Made by a program: the position numbers and the translations under genes. The notes under the pieces were generated by a model. It did not search any database and was not told the DNA's origin. It saw nothing but the letters and a program-made list of their open reading frames with translations. This document shows positions 15,228-24,930 of a stretch of 64,000 bases of DNA, one piece after another; the stretch's first letter is position 1; every line of letters begins with the position of its first letter. Source of the stretch: an uncultured Clostridia bacterium (lineage in GTDB: Bacteria; Bacillota; Clostridia; UMGS1883); NCBI GenBank assembly GCA_934454525.1, contig CAKSFM010000001.1:109502-173501 (forward strand), given 5' to 3'.

Positions 15228-15378
15228 ACCCGAACACATGCGCCCAATGCTTGTTAAATTTCCGCTCAGCCGTTCTTTCGGGATTTGCAAGGCTGACGTA
15301 TATCAAGACCGACAACACAGAAAAAGACGATTTTCAGGCTTTTTGAGCGGGTTCGGATACTGACATATCTGCCTACGG
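15228..15378. repeat. Modular repeat, modules A (15228-15292), B (15293-15351) and C (15352-15378)
   Basis: A matches 17214-17275 (57 bp identical). B matches 287-344. C ('ttcggatactgacatatctgcctacgg') matches 17176-17201 and partly 589-612. Confidence 0.8.
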
Positions 15379-15465
15379 AAAACCGTCCGCAATAAGACCG
15401 CTTATTACCCGACTCTTTGTACACTCCGCGGAACACGCCTTATTTTATATTTTTCGGGAGGATTT

Positions 15466-17121
15466 ATGATGGAACTGTTAAACAACTATTTACCGAGGAT
15501 TGATTTTGACGATTACGATGATTTTAAGCAAAATTTCTCAATAAACGTACCTGAGCAATTTGACTTTGCGCGCGATATTGTTGACGGCTGGGCAAAGCTT
15601 GAACCCGGCAAGCGCGCCTTGCTTTATACAAATGACAGCGGCTGTACGCGCGAATTCACCTTTAGGGAGATATCGGAGCTTTCCAAGCGCGCAGCATCGT
15701 ATTTTATCAGTTTAGGCATAAAAAAGGGTGACAGAGTGTTCACGCTTCTGCGCAGGAGATGGGAATATTGGATTTGCGCGGTTGCGCTGCACCGCATTGG
15801 AGCTGTTGTTGTTCCCGGTTCGGTTCAGCTCACCGAGAAGGACATTCTCTACAGAATTAACGCGGCGCAGGCGAAGCTTCTTCTCGCTGTTAATGACAGC
15901 TTTGTTACGGAACAGATTAAGGATTTATTGCAGAAATGCGATTCTCTCCGCCATATTCTGATTGCCGGTGATTCCGCAGCGGATGGTTTTAAATATTTCA
16001 ACAGCGAATTTATAAAGCATGAACCGTACAGCGAACGCCCCGAGGCAGCCAACAGTGACGAAATGGTAATCTACTTCACCTCCGGCACATCAGGCATGCC
16101 TAAAATGGCAATTCATAACCGCACATATCCGCTCGGGCACATTGTGACGGCGAAATATATGCAATGCGTTCAGAACAACGGACTGCATATCACTCAGGCA
16201 GACAGCGGCTGGGCAAAGTTCGGCTGGGGCAACATATACGGACAGTGGATTTGCGGCAGCGCGGTTCTGGCATATGACCCGCTGCGGTTCAATGCTGCAC
16301 ACTTTCTCGAAACAACGGAAAAATACAAACCGACCTCAATGTGTATTCCTCCGACAATGTACCGCTTTCTTCTTCGTGACGGACTTGAGAAAAAACATAT
16401 TGCATCGGTTAAATGGTTTTCAACGGCAGGCGAGCCGCTTTCAGGCGAGGTAAACAGCCGTTTTCACGAAATCACGGGGCATTATATTCACGAGGGTTTC
16501 GGACAAAGCGAGGGTACCCCGATAACCTGCGGATTTCCCTGGATTGAGGTGCGTCCGTCATCAATGGGCAAACCCTCTCCCCTGTACCGCACGGCGATTA
16601 TCCGTCCGGACGGTTCTCCCTGCGGCTGTGGCGAGGAGGGCGAGGTTGTTATATTCACGGACGGCGGACAGCTCGGACTTCTTGACTGCTACTTTGCGGA
16701 CGGAGAAAAAATATACCCGGTTAAGGATGGAATATATCACACCGGCGACACTGCGTACTGTGACAAAGACGGATATTACTGGTATGTCGGCAGAACGGAC
16801 GATGTGATAAAATCCTCAGGCTATCGGATAGGACCGTTTGAAATTGAAAGCGTACTCAATTCGCACCCTGCCATCCGCGAAAGTGCGATTATCGGTCGGC
16901 CGGATGATATGCGCGGTCAGATCGTATGCGCAGTTGTTGCGCTCTCAAGCGGTTATGAACCGTCAGACGAGCTTACGCGTGAACTTAAGGACTATGTAAA
17001 GCACAAAACCGCACCTTACAAATATCCCCGTATTATAAAGTATATTGACGCACTGCCGAAAACAACCTCGGGGAAAATAATCCGAAATGAGGTAAAAAAG
17101 ATATACAGTGCAGTAATTTAA
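15466..17121 (+). CDS. AMP-forming acyl-CoA synthetase, medium-chain (ACSM)-like
   Basis: AMP-binding motif 'YFTSGTSGMPKM', 'GRTDDVIKSSGYRIGPFEIE', and an N-terminus 'FDFARDIVDGWAKLEPGKRALLY...GDRV' typical of the ACSM family. RBS GGGAGG. Confidence 0.8.
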   Translation: MMELLNNYLPRIDFDDYDDFKQNFSINVPEQFDFARDIVDGWAKLEPGKRALLYTNDSGCTREFTFREISELSKRAASYFISLGIKKGDRVFTLLRRRWEYWICAVALHRIGAVVVPGSVQLTEKDILYRINAAQAKLLLAVNDSFVTEQIKDLLQKCDSLRHILIAGDSAADGFKYFNSEFIKHEPYSERPEAANSDEMVIYFTSGTSGMPKMAIHNRTYPLGHIVTAKYMQCVQNNGLHITQADSGWAKFGWGNIYGQWICGSAVLAYDPLRFNAAHFLETTEKYKPTSMCIPPTMYRFLLRDGLEKKHIASVKWFSTAGEPLSGEVNSRFHEITGHYIHEGFGQSEGTPITCGFPWIEVRPSSMGKPSPLYRTAIIRPDGSPCGCGEEGEVVIFTDGGQLGLLDCYFADGEKIYPVKDGIYHTGDTAYCDKDGYYWYVGRTDDVIKSSGYRIGPFEIESVLNSHPAIRESAIIGRPDDMRGQIVCAVVALSSGYEPSDELTRELKDYVKHKTAPYKYPRIIKYIDALPKTTSGKIIRNEVKKIYSAVI

Positions 17122-17175
17122 GATATTTTGTTCATTTTTGCGCTGTAATGTCGGAAAAGGCTTCAAAAAAACGAG

Positions 17176-17275
17176 TTCGGATACAGACATACCTGCCTAG
17201 GCATAAGCGACCCGAACGCCATGCGCCCAATGCTTGTTAAATTTCCGCTCAGCCGTTCTTTCGGGATTTGCAAGG
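17176..17275. repeat. Modular repeat, modules C' (17176-17201) and A' (17214-17275). This is the same family as 15228-15378 but in a different module order
   Basis: 'gttcggatacagacatacctgcctagg' followed by 'gaacgccatgcgcccaatgcttgttaaatttccgctcagccgttctttcgggatttgcaagg'. Confidence 0.8.
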
Positions 17276-17472
17276 CGGCAGCCTTGCTTCATCCTGCAAG
17301 AACACCTGAACAAAAATTTTCCGGTGCATTGAGTCTGCGAGTTCAAAAAGAGCAAATTTTTTGCAAAAAAAGGCAAAAGCGCAGTTAATAGTTTGTCTAT
17401 TAACGAGCATTTTAACGCATTATTGCGACAAATTTGCCTTTTATGACGCTGTGGGTTCAGGTCGCTTATGCC
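17200..17472. repeat. 18-bp inverted repeats ('ggcataagcgacccgaac' at 17200-17217, its reverse complement at 17455-17472, 1 mismatch) bracketing about 237 bp. MITE-like
   Basis: rc(17455-17472) is 'ggcataagcgacctgaac'. Confidence 0.7.
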
Positions 17473-17493
17473 TATTTTTTTATTTCATTATTC

Positions 17494-17522
17494 TTGACTA
17501 TCCCTAAAATTTCATATATAAT
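17494..17522 (+). promoter_or_regulatory. Sigma-A promoter TTGACT-17-TATAAT for nifJ
   Basis: Boxes at 17494-17499 and 17517-17522. RBS AAAGGAGG before ATG 17572. Confidence 0.65.
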
Positions 17523-17571
17523 AACAGATATACATATATAATACGCTTGACGTATTAAAAGGAGGAAAAAC

Positions 17572-20500
17572 ATGGCAAGAAGAAAAAAAACTATGGATGG
17601 CAACACCGCCGCCGCATTTGTGTCATATGCGTTTACGGATGTTGCTGCAATTTACCCGATAACGCCTTCGTCAACAATGGCTGAGGTGACGGATCAGTGG
17701 GCAGCTCAGGGCAAAAAAAATATTTTCGGAAGAACCGTTAAAATTGCCGAGATGCAGTCCGAGGGCGGCGCTGCCGGCGCTGTTCACGGTTCACTCACGG
17801 CAGGCGCTCTTACGACAACCTATACGGCTTCGCAGGGACTTTTGCTTATGATTCCGAATATGTACAAAATTGCCGGTGAGCTTTTGCCGTCGGTTATCAA
17901 TGTTTCGGCACGCGCACTTGCATCGCACGCACTTTCGATTTTCGGCGACCATCAGGACGTTTACGCCTGTCGGCAGACGGGGTATGCAATGCTTTGCTCC
18001 GTCAATCCGCAGGAAGCAATGGATCTCGGCGCGGTTGCACATCTGACGACAATTAAATCGCGTGTTCCTTTCCTGCATTTCTTCGATGGTTTCAGAACAT
18101 CGCATGAATATCAAAAGGTAGAATGTTGGGATAACGAGCAGCTTGCCGATATGCTTGATTTTGATGCGGTTGACGCTTTCAGGCGCCGCAGCCTTAACCC
18201 CGAGCATCCGGCGCAGCGCGGAACGGCGCAGAATCCCGATGTTTTCTTCCAGGCAAAGGAAGCAAATAACAAATATTATGACGCCGTACCCGAAATATGC
18301 CTTGATTATATGAACAAGGTAAACGAAAAAATCGGAACGGATTACAAGCTGTTCAACTACTATGGCGCAGCTGACGCGGAGCACGTTATCATTGCAATGG
18401 GCAGCGTTTGCGACACTATTGAGGAAACGGTTGATTATCTTAATAAAAACGGCGCAAAAGTCGGCGTGATAAAGGTAAGACTGTATCGTCCGTTCAGCGC
18501 AAAGCACCTTATTGAAGCTATTCCCGATTCCGTTAAGAAAATCAGTGTGCTTGACAGAACCAAAGAATGCGGCGCTGTCGGCGAACCTCTTTATCTTGAT
18601 GTTTGCGCAGCTCTCCGCGGAAGCAAATTTGCAAACGTTGATATTTTCGGCGGACGTTACGGTCTTGGTTCAAAGGATACTACACCGGCGCAGATAATCG
18701 CCGTTTACAAAAACAAAGACAAGGAGCACTTCACCATCGGCATTAACGATGATGTTACGCACCTTTCGCTCGAAATCACGGAAAATCCCGACACAACCTC
18801 TGACAAAATTACCAGCTGCAAATTCTGGGGACTCGGTGCGGACGGAACTGTCGGCGCAAATAAAAACTCCGTTAAGATTATCGGCGACCACACCGATATG
18901 AACGTTCAGGCTTACTTTGATTACGATTCCAAGAAATCGGGCGGTCTGACGGTTTCGCACCTGCGCTTCGGCAATGCGAAAATCACAAGCACATACCTTA
19001 TCAACAAGGCTGACTTTGTTGCATGCCACAAGGCTTCATATATCAGAAAGTACGACATGGTAAGCGATGTTAAACCCGGCGGTGTGTTCCTTTTGAATTG
19101 CCCGTGGACAACCCCCGAGGAATTTGACACTCATATTCCCGGACAGGTTAAACGCTATATTGCTGAAAATAACATTCAGTTCTATGTAATTGACGGTGTT
19201 CAGATCGGCAAGGAAATCGGCCTCGGCAGCAGAATCAACACGGTTCTTCAGTCAGCGTTCTTCAAGCTTGCAAACATCATTCCGGCTGAGGACGCAATCA
19301 AATATATGAAAGACGCCGCAACGGCTTCCTACAGCAAAAAAGGCGAGGCCATCGTTAAGATGAATCACGATGCTATCGATATGGGCGCTCAGCGCGTTGT
19401 CAAGGTCAATGTTCCCGCCGAATGGAAGAATGCCAAGGACGAGGATCTCTCTGTTCGTGTTGACGGCAAGGGCAGACTTATTGAATATGTCAACAACATT
19501 CTTCATCCCATCAACGCATTTGAGGGAATGAAGCTCCCTGTTTCCGCATTTGAACCGTACGTTGACGGCGAAGTTCCGCTCGGAAGCGCAGCTTTCGAAA
19601 AGCGCGGCATTGCAATCGATGTTCCGGCATGGAACGGGGAAAACTGCATTCAGTGCAACTTCTGTTCATTCGTATGTCCGCACGGCTGTATCCGCCCCGT
19701 TGTTCTCACGGAAGATGAGGCGAAAAATGCTCCCGAGGGCACGAATTATGTGAATATGACGGCTATGAACGGTCTTTATTTTGCGATGGCTGTTTCCGTG
19801 CTCGACTGTACGGGCTGCGGCTCCTGCGTGAACGTTTGCCCGGGCAAAAAGGGTGTAAAAGCGCTTGAGATGAAGCCGCTCGAAACTCAGGAATCACGCC
19901 AGGCAGTGTTTGATTATGCCGTAACGATTCCGTCAAAACCGGAGGTTTCCGAGAAGTTCAAAGAAACAACCGTTAAGGGCAGCCAGTTCAAGCAGCCGCT
20001 GCTTGAATTTTCCGGTGCATGTGCAGGCTGCGGCGAAACACCGTATGCAAAGCTTGTAACGCAGCTTTACGGCGACAGAATGTATATTGCAAATGCAACA
20101 GGCTGTTCGTCCATTTGGGGCGGAAGCTCCCCCTCAACGCCTTACACAACGAACGCCGCAGGCGAAGGTCCGGCATGGGCAAACTCGCTGTTTGAGGATA
20201 ATGCAGAGTACGGCTATGGAATGCTTCTTGCACAGGAAACGCTCCGCAGCGACCTTATTTCCAAGGTTGAAGCAGTTAAGGAAACAGCCGATGATAAAGC
20301 AAAGAGCGTTATTGATAAATTCCTTGACACAAAGGACAGCTCCTCCGACAACAAGGTTGCGGCTGCCGAGCTTATCAAGCTTCTTTCCGACATGAACACT
20401 CCCGAAGCTGCCGCAATCCTCAAGGACAAGGAATATCTCTCCAAGAAATCCGTTTGGGTGTTCGGCGGCGACGGCTGGGCATACGATATCGGATTCGGCG

Positions 20501-21093
20501 GACTTGACCATGTTCTTGCAAGCGGCGAGGATGTGAACGTGCTTGTATTCGATACCGAGGTTTATTCCAACACGGGCGGTCAGTCCTCCAAATCGACTCC
20601 CACAGGTGCAATTGCAAAATTTGCCGCTGCCGGCAAGGAGGTTAAGAAAAAGGATCTTGCCGCAATTGCAATGAGCTACGGTTATGTATATGTTGCTCAG
20701 GTTGCGCAGGGCGCCGACTACAATCAGTGTATGAAAGCGTTTGTTGAAGCCGGTTCTTATCATGGTCCGTCACTCATCATTGCATATGCTCCGTGTATCA
20801 ACCATGGTATTAAGGGCGGCATGAGCATTGCTCAGACGGAGGAAAAGAGAGCCGTTCAGGCAGGTTACTGGCATCTGTTCCGCTATGATCCCAGGCTTGT
20901 TGCTGACGGCAAAAACGGATTCATTCTTGATTCCAAAGAGCCGACCGAGAGCTATGAAGAATTTATAATGAACGAAGTTCGTTATAATTCGCTTGCGCGC
21001 AGCAACCCCGAAAGAGCGAAAGAGCTGTTTGCAAAGGCTTCGGAAAATGCAAAGAAAAAATATGCTCATCTTGTTGAGCTTGCAAACAAATAA
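17572..21093 (+). CDS. nifJ: Pyruvate:ferredoxin (flavodoxin) oxidoreductase, single-polypeptide PFOR
   Basis: 1173 aa. An N-terminal PFOR domain, two 4Fe-4S ferredoxin motifs (CIQCNFCSFVCP, CTGCGSCVNVCP), and a TPP-binding region 'GGDGWAYDIGFGG'. Confidence 0.95.
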   Translation: MARRKKTMDGNTAAAFVSYAFTDVAAIYPITPSSTMAEVTDQWAAQGKKNIFGRTVKIAEMQSEGGAAGAVHGSLTAGALTTTYTASQGLLLMIPNMYKIAGELLPSVINVSARALASHALSIFGDHQDVYACRQTGYAMLCSVNPQEAMDLGAVAHLTTIKSRVPFLHFFDGFRTSHEYQKVECWDNEQLADMLDFDAVDAFRRRSLNPEHPAQRGTAQNPDVFFQAKEANNKYYDAVPEICLDYMNKVNEKIGTDYKLFNYYGAADAEHVIIAMGSVCDTIEETVDYLNKNGAKVGVIKVRLYRPFSAKHLIEAIPDSVKKISVLDRTKECGAVGEPLYLDVCAALRGSKFANVDIFGGRYGLGSKDTTPAQIIAVYKNKDKEHFTIGINDDVTHLSLEITENPDTTSDKITSCKFWGLGADGTVGANKNSVKIIGDHTDMNVQAYFDYDSKKSGGLTVSHLRFGNAKITSTYLINKADFVACHKASYIRKYDMVSDVKPGGVFLLNCPWTTPEEFDTHIPGQVKRYIAENNIQFYVIDGVQIGKEIGLGSRINTVLQSAFFKLANIIPAEDAIKYMKDAATASYSKKGEAIVKMNHDAIDMGAQRVVKVNVPAEWKNAKDEDLSVRVDGKGRLIEYVNNILHPINAFEGMKLPVSAFEPYVDGEVPLGSAAFEKRGIAIDVPAWNGENCIQCNFCSFVCPHGCIRPVVLTEDEAKNAPEGTNYVNMTAMNGLYFAMAVSVLDCTGCGSCVNVCPGKKGVKALEMKPLETQESRQAVFDYAVTIPSKPEVSEKFKETTVKGSQFKQPLLEFSGACAGCGETPYAKLVTQLYGDRMYIANATGCSSIWGGSSPSTPYTTNAAGEGPAWANSLFEDNAEYGYGMLLAQETLRSDLISKVEAVKETADDKAKSVIDKFLDTKDSSSDNKVAAAELIKLLSDMNTPEAAAILKDKEYLSKKSVWVFGGDGWAYDIGFGGLDHVLASGEDVNVLVFDTEVYSNTGGQSSKSTPTGAIAKFAAAGKEVKKKDLAAIAMSYGYVYVAQVAQGADYNQCMKAFVEAGSYHGPSLIIAYAPCINHGIKGGMSIAQTEEKRAVQAGYWHLFRYDPRLVADGKNGFILDSKEPTESYEEFIMNEVRYNSLARSNPERAKELFAKASENAKKKYAHLVELANK

Positions 21094-21100
21094 CAAAAAA

Positions 21101-21316
21101 GGGGATGTTAAAAAACTCCGGAACGCAAGAAAAGAAGAAAAAGCAGATATTACAGGCAGCATAGCTATTGTAATTAGCTTTTATTAAAGGTAGAAAAATC
21201 AAAAATTTGATTTTTCAAAGAATCACTTCTTTTCTTGCTATCAACAAACTTCGCCGCTCGGCGTACCTATGTACGCCGTCGGGTAACCCAAAGCTAACGC
21301 TTTGGCTCAGTTTGTT
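21101..21316 (+). repeat. About 200-bp intergenic element (copy 1). It begins 7 nt after the nifJ stop. An inverted copy lies at 54812-55015
   Basis: Conserved blocks 'ggggatgttaaaaaRctccggaacgcaagaaaagRagaaaaagca' and 'tagaaaaatcaaaaatttgatttttcaaagaatc...ttttcttgctatcaacaaacttcgccgctcggcgtacctatgtacgccg'. Confidence 0.85.
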
Positions 21317-21356
21317 AATTCCAAAGCTTTTTTCCTATCCCCTTGTAAAAGCAGGA

Positions 21357-21399
21357 GCTGTTTAAAAAGTCAATTGGCTTTTTAAACAGCCCCTTTTTA
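21357..21399 (+). terminator. Intrinsic terminator (13-bp stem) downstream of nifJ and the repeat
   Basis: 'gctgtttaaaaag tcaattgg ctttttaaacagc ccctttttat'. Confidence 0.75.
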
Positions 21400-21481
21400 T
21401 CATAATATGCTGACGAGTATTGACAAAATCTGACCTTTATGGTAAAGTTAAAACATAAAGCTGTAAAGGCAGGCTTGCTTA

Positions 21482-23008
21482 ATGATTGTCAAGGTATTCA
21501 CCGGCGCCGTTTCCGGACTGGACGGTAATATTGTGATTGTTGAGGCGGACTTTTCAAACGGTCTGCCTTCTTTTGATGTTGTGGGATTGCCCGATGCAAC
21601 CGTTAAGGAAGCAAAGGAGCGTGTGCGCGCGGCGCTGCGCAACAGCTCGTTTGAATTTCCGGCAAAGCGCGCCGTTATCAACCTTGCGCCTGCCGATTTG
21701 CGAAAAGAGGGAACGCAGTTCGATTTGCCGATTGCCGTTTCTGTTCTTGCAGGTACCGGTCAGCTTAAAGCCGATTTGAACGAATACATTCTCATCGGAG
21801 AGCTTGGGCTTTCCGGCGAGCTGCGCCCTGCCCGCGGTGTTTTGTCGATAGCCGCGTGTGCAAGGGAGCACGGATTCAGAAAGATAATTGTTCCGTGCCA
21901 AAATGCTGATGAAGCGGCGCTTGCCGGAAATATTGAGGTGTACGGCGCGCGCTGCCTTGCAGATGTTTACTGTCATCTCACCGGCGAAAAAACGCTTGAG
22001 CGCGTAGTATGCGACATTGAGGGGATTTTCCGCCGCGAGGCTGAATATGACGTTGACTTCTCCGATATGCGCGGTCAGCAGCTGCTGCGCCGCGGTATTG
22101 AGGTCGGGGTCAGCGGCGGTCACAACCTGCTTATGATCGGCAGTCCCGGAAGCGGAAAATCAATGGCTGCGCGCAGGATTCCGACAATTCTTCCCGAGAT
22201 GACTCTGGACGAAGCAATTGAGGTTACTAAAATTTACTCAGTTGCCGGCGAGCTTGAAGAAAACAGGCAGCTGATTGCGCAGCGCCCGTTCAGAGCGCCG
22301 CATCATACTGCCAGCGCCGCAAGCATAGTCGGCGGCGGCGCAAAAGCACGACCGGGGGAAATTTCGCTTGCGCATAACGGAGTTCTTTTTCTTGATGAAT
22401 TCCCGGAGTATCGCAAGGACGTTATCGAATCGATGCGCCAGCCGCTTGAGGATAAAAAGATAACCGTGACGCGGTCAGCATGTTCATACACATACCCGTG
22501 CAACACAATGCTTGTTGCGGCGCTGAACCCCTGCCGCTGCGGCTACTACGGCGACGGCAGCGGCAGATGCCGCTGCTCGGAAAGCGATGTGCATAAATAT
22601 CTCGGGAAAATCAGCGGACCGATGCTTGACAGAATAGATATACAGCTTGAAGCCGCACCGGTGAAATACGGTGATTTGAAAGCGGCGCGCGGAGAAAGCT
22701 CCGCGGTTATTAAGGAGCGCGTTGAAGCTGCAAGGCGGATTCAGGCGCTGCGGTATAAAAATGAGAGTATTACAACGAATGCGCAGCTCGGCGGCGCACT
22801 CGTTGAAAAATACTGCCCTGTCGGCGAAGAGGAAAGCGAAATGCTTAAAAGAGCCTTTAATGACCTTGGACTGACGGCAAGAGCATATACGCGTATTCTT
22901 AAGGTTGCGCGCACAATTGCCGATATGGATGCACGCAGGGAGATAAACACAATGGATATTGCCGAGGCGATAGGCTATCGCAGCCTTGACAGAAAATATT
23001 TCAGATAA
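21482..23008 (+). CDS. comM: YifB/ComM-family Mg-chelatase-like AAA+ ATPase
   Basis: Walker A 'GSPGSGKSM', Lon-like N-domain, 508 aa. Confidence 0.85.
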   Translation: MIVKVFTGAVSGLDGNIVIVEADFSNGLPSFDVVGLPDATVKEAKERVRAALRNSSFEFPAKRAVINLAPADLRKEGTQFDLPIAVSVLAGTGQLKADLNEYILIGELGLSGELRPARGVLSIAACAREHGFRKIIVPCQNADEAALAGNIEVYGARCLADVYCHLTGEKTLERVVCDIEGIFRREAEYDVDFSDMRGQQLLRRGIEVGVSGGHNLLMIGSPGSGKSMAARRIPTILPEMTLDEAIEVTKIYSVAGELEENRQLIAQRPFRAPHHTASAASIVGGGAKARPGEISLAHNGVLFLDEFPEYRKDVIESMRQPLEDKKITVTRSACSYTYPCNTMLVAALNPCRCGYYGDGSGRCRCSESDVHKYLGKISGPMLDRIDIQLEAAPVKYGDLKAARGESSAVIKERVEAARRIQALRYKNESITTNAQLGGALVEKYCPVGEEESEMLKRAFNDLGLTARAYTRILKVARTIADMDARREINTMDIAEAIGYRSLDRKYFR

Positions 23009-23132
23009 TAGGGAGGAAAATGGATTGAAGAAAAATTCAAGAATCGGATTAGCGCTGATTACGGTGCTGATTCTGGCAGCGGCAATGCCTTGCGGCGTTT
23101 TTGCTGCTGACAAAGCAAAGGAAACGATTAAA

Positions 23133-24629
23133 ATGGCAGGCACGTTCTGGGCGCTTGTGCCGCCGATTATTGCCATTGCGCTTGCGCTCATCACAAAAGA
23201 GGTTTACAGCTCTCTTTTCGTAGGCATTGTTGTCGGCGGACTTTTTTCCGCAAACTTTTCGCCCGTAAAAGCGCTTGACAACATGGTAAATGAAGGATTG
23301 ATTGCAGCCGTTTCCGGAACTGCCGGAATATTTATATTCCTTGTTATTCTCGGCGTTATTGTTGCGCTTGTAAACAAAGCCGGCGGCAGCGCAGCATTCG
23401 GCGAATGGGCAAAGAAGAATATAAAATCACGCAGCGGCGCAATGCTTGCAACGTTTGCACTCGGCGTACTTATATTTATTGACGACTATTTTAACTGTCT
23501 GACGGTCGGGTCGGTTATGCGCCCCGTAACGGATGGTCATAAAATCTCACGTGCGAAGCTTGCGTATCTTATCGATGCAACAGCGGCGCCGGTCTGCATG
23601 ATAGCGCCGATTTCATCATGGGCGGCTGCCGTTTCGGGATATATCGAGGGCAGTGACGGACTTGCACTTTTCATACGCACAATTCCTTACAACTTTTATT
23701 CACTTTTCACATTTGTATTTATCATTGCAATTTCTCTCATGCAGTTTGACTACGGTCCGATGAGGCTTCATGAATACAATGCTGCCGAAAAAGGCGATTT
23801 ATATACCTGCGGCGACCGCGCTGAGGCGCAGAAAACAGAGCCGTGCGCAAGGGGCAGGGTTATTGACCTTGTTCTTCCGGTTGTGCTCCTCATTATTATG
23901 TGCGTACTCGCGCTTATATATGCCGGCGGATTCTTCTCCGGCGAAAGCTTTGTAAATGCATTTGCCGGCACCGATGCAACGGTCGGTCTTCCTATGGGCG
24001 GTCTTGTTGCGCTTGTACTTATAATCATTTATATGGCGCTGCGCGGCATTGTTTCATTCAAAGAATCAATGGAATGTATTCCTCAGGGATTTATCGCCAT
24101 GGTTCCGGCAATTCTTATTCTCACGTTTGCAACATCACTTAAAAACATGACCGGTCTTCTTGAAGCCGATACATTTGTTGCAGGACTTATGGAAGGCTCT
24201 GCAAAGGGACTGGCAAACTTCCTCCCGGCAATCATTTTCCTTGTCGGCTGCGGACTTTCGTTTGCAACCGGAACATCTTGGGGAACATTCGGCATACTCA
24301 TTCCGATTGTTGTCGGCATATTCCCGCGCGAAAGCGAGCTTTTGATAATAGCAATGTCGGCTTGCCTTGCAGGCGCTGTTTGCGGCGATCACTGCTCCCC
24401 CATTTCCGACACAACAATTATGTCCTCAGCAGGAGGCGAATGTAACCATATAAACCACGTTTCAACGCAGCTTCCGTATGCTATTACGGTTGCAGCCATT
24501 TCATTCGTGATGTACATTGTTGCGGGCATGGTTCAAAACGTTTGGCTGCCGCTCATTCTCGGCACGGCAGCAACGCTGGGATTTCTGTTTATTATGCGCT
24601 CAGCGACTCGCAGCAAGCCTATAGAATAA
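23133..24629 (+). CDS. nhaC: Na+/H+ antiporter, NhaC family
   Basis: Polytopic membrane protein. The start is preferred at ATG 23133 (RBS AAGGAAA). An in-frame TTG at 23025 after GGAGGA would add a signal-peptide-like 36-aa extension. Confidence 0.7.
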   Translation: MAGTFWALVPPIIAIALALITKEVYSSLFVGIVVGGLFSANFSPVKALDNMVNEGLIAAVSGTAGIFIFLVILGVIVALVNKAGGSAAFGEWAKKNIKSRSGAMLATFALGVLIFIDDYFNCLTVGSVMRPVTDGHKISRAKLAYLIDATAAPVCMIAPISSWAAAVSGYIEGSDGLALFIRTIPYNFYSLFTFVFIIAISLMQFDYGPMRLHEYNAAEKGDLYTCGDRAEAQKTEPCARGRVIDLVLPVVLLIIMCVLALIYAGGFFSGESFVNAFAGTDATVGLPMGGLVALVLIIIYMALRGIVSFKESMECIPQGFIAMVPAILILTFATSLKNMTGLLEADTFVAGLMEGSAKGLANFLPAIIFLVGCGLSFATGTSWGTFGILIPIVVGIFPRESELLIIAMSACLAGAVCGDHCSPISDTTIMSSAGGECNHINHVSTQLPYAITVAAISFVMYIVAGMVQNVWLPLILGTAATLGFLFIMRSATRSKPIE

Positions 24630-24632
24630 CCT

Positions 24633-24659
24633 AAAAAAACTGCCGGCGGCAGTTTTTTT
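24633..24659. terminator. Bidirectional intrinsic terminator
   Basis: 'aaaaaaactgccggcggcagttttttt'. Confidence 0.8.
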
Positions 24660-24741
24660 AGTTATATTATATTCCGCATAGCAAAAAAGACGCTTCACAG
24701 GGTGAAACGCCTTCCTCCGTTCATTTCAATGAAAGCTCAGA

Positions 24742-24930
24742 TCAGATAGCTCTGACAACTTTGCCGCTTCTCAGGCAACGTGAGCAAACATGGATTGTCT
24801 TAGGAGTGCCGTTAACAACAGCCTTAACTGTTTTAACATTGGGCTTCCAGGCACGGTTGCTTCTTCTGTGAGAATGGCTTACCTTAATTCCGAAAGTAAC
24901 GCCCTTTCCGCATACATCACACTTAGCCAT
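24742..24930 (-). CDS. rpmB: 50S ribosomal protein L28
   Basis: 'MAKCDVCGKGVTFGIKVSHSHRRSNRAWKPNVK...HVCSRCLRSGKV'. Confidence 0.95.
   Translation of the reverse strand: MAKCDVCGKGVTFGIKVSHSHRRSNRAWKPNVKTVKAVVNGTPKTIHVCSRCLRSGKVVRAI

Noticed and set aside
286-15360. The about 66-bp 'B' repeat at 287-352 and its copy at 15293-15358, with a tyrosine recombinase at the left edge, could delimit a 15-kb integrated island (att-like direct repeats)
   Set aside because: The enclosed DNA carries core genes (spoIIID, ruvX, prsA, ribU with its riboswitch, SLH protein) and no replication, transfer or phage functions. The recombinase lies outside the repeats. The same modules occur in other orders elsewhere (17176-17472), so they behave like a dispersed repeat family rather than island ends.
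23025-23132. Signal-peptide-like N-terminal extension of NhaC from an in-frame TTG after GGAGGA
   Set aside because: NhaC homologs start at the 'MAGTFWALVPP' equivalent and the ATG at 23133 has its own AAGGAAA RBS. The extension is probably not translated, although this is not excluded.
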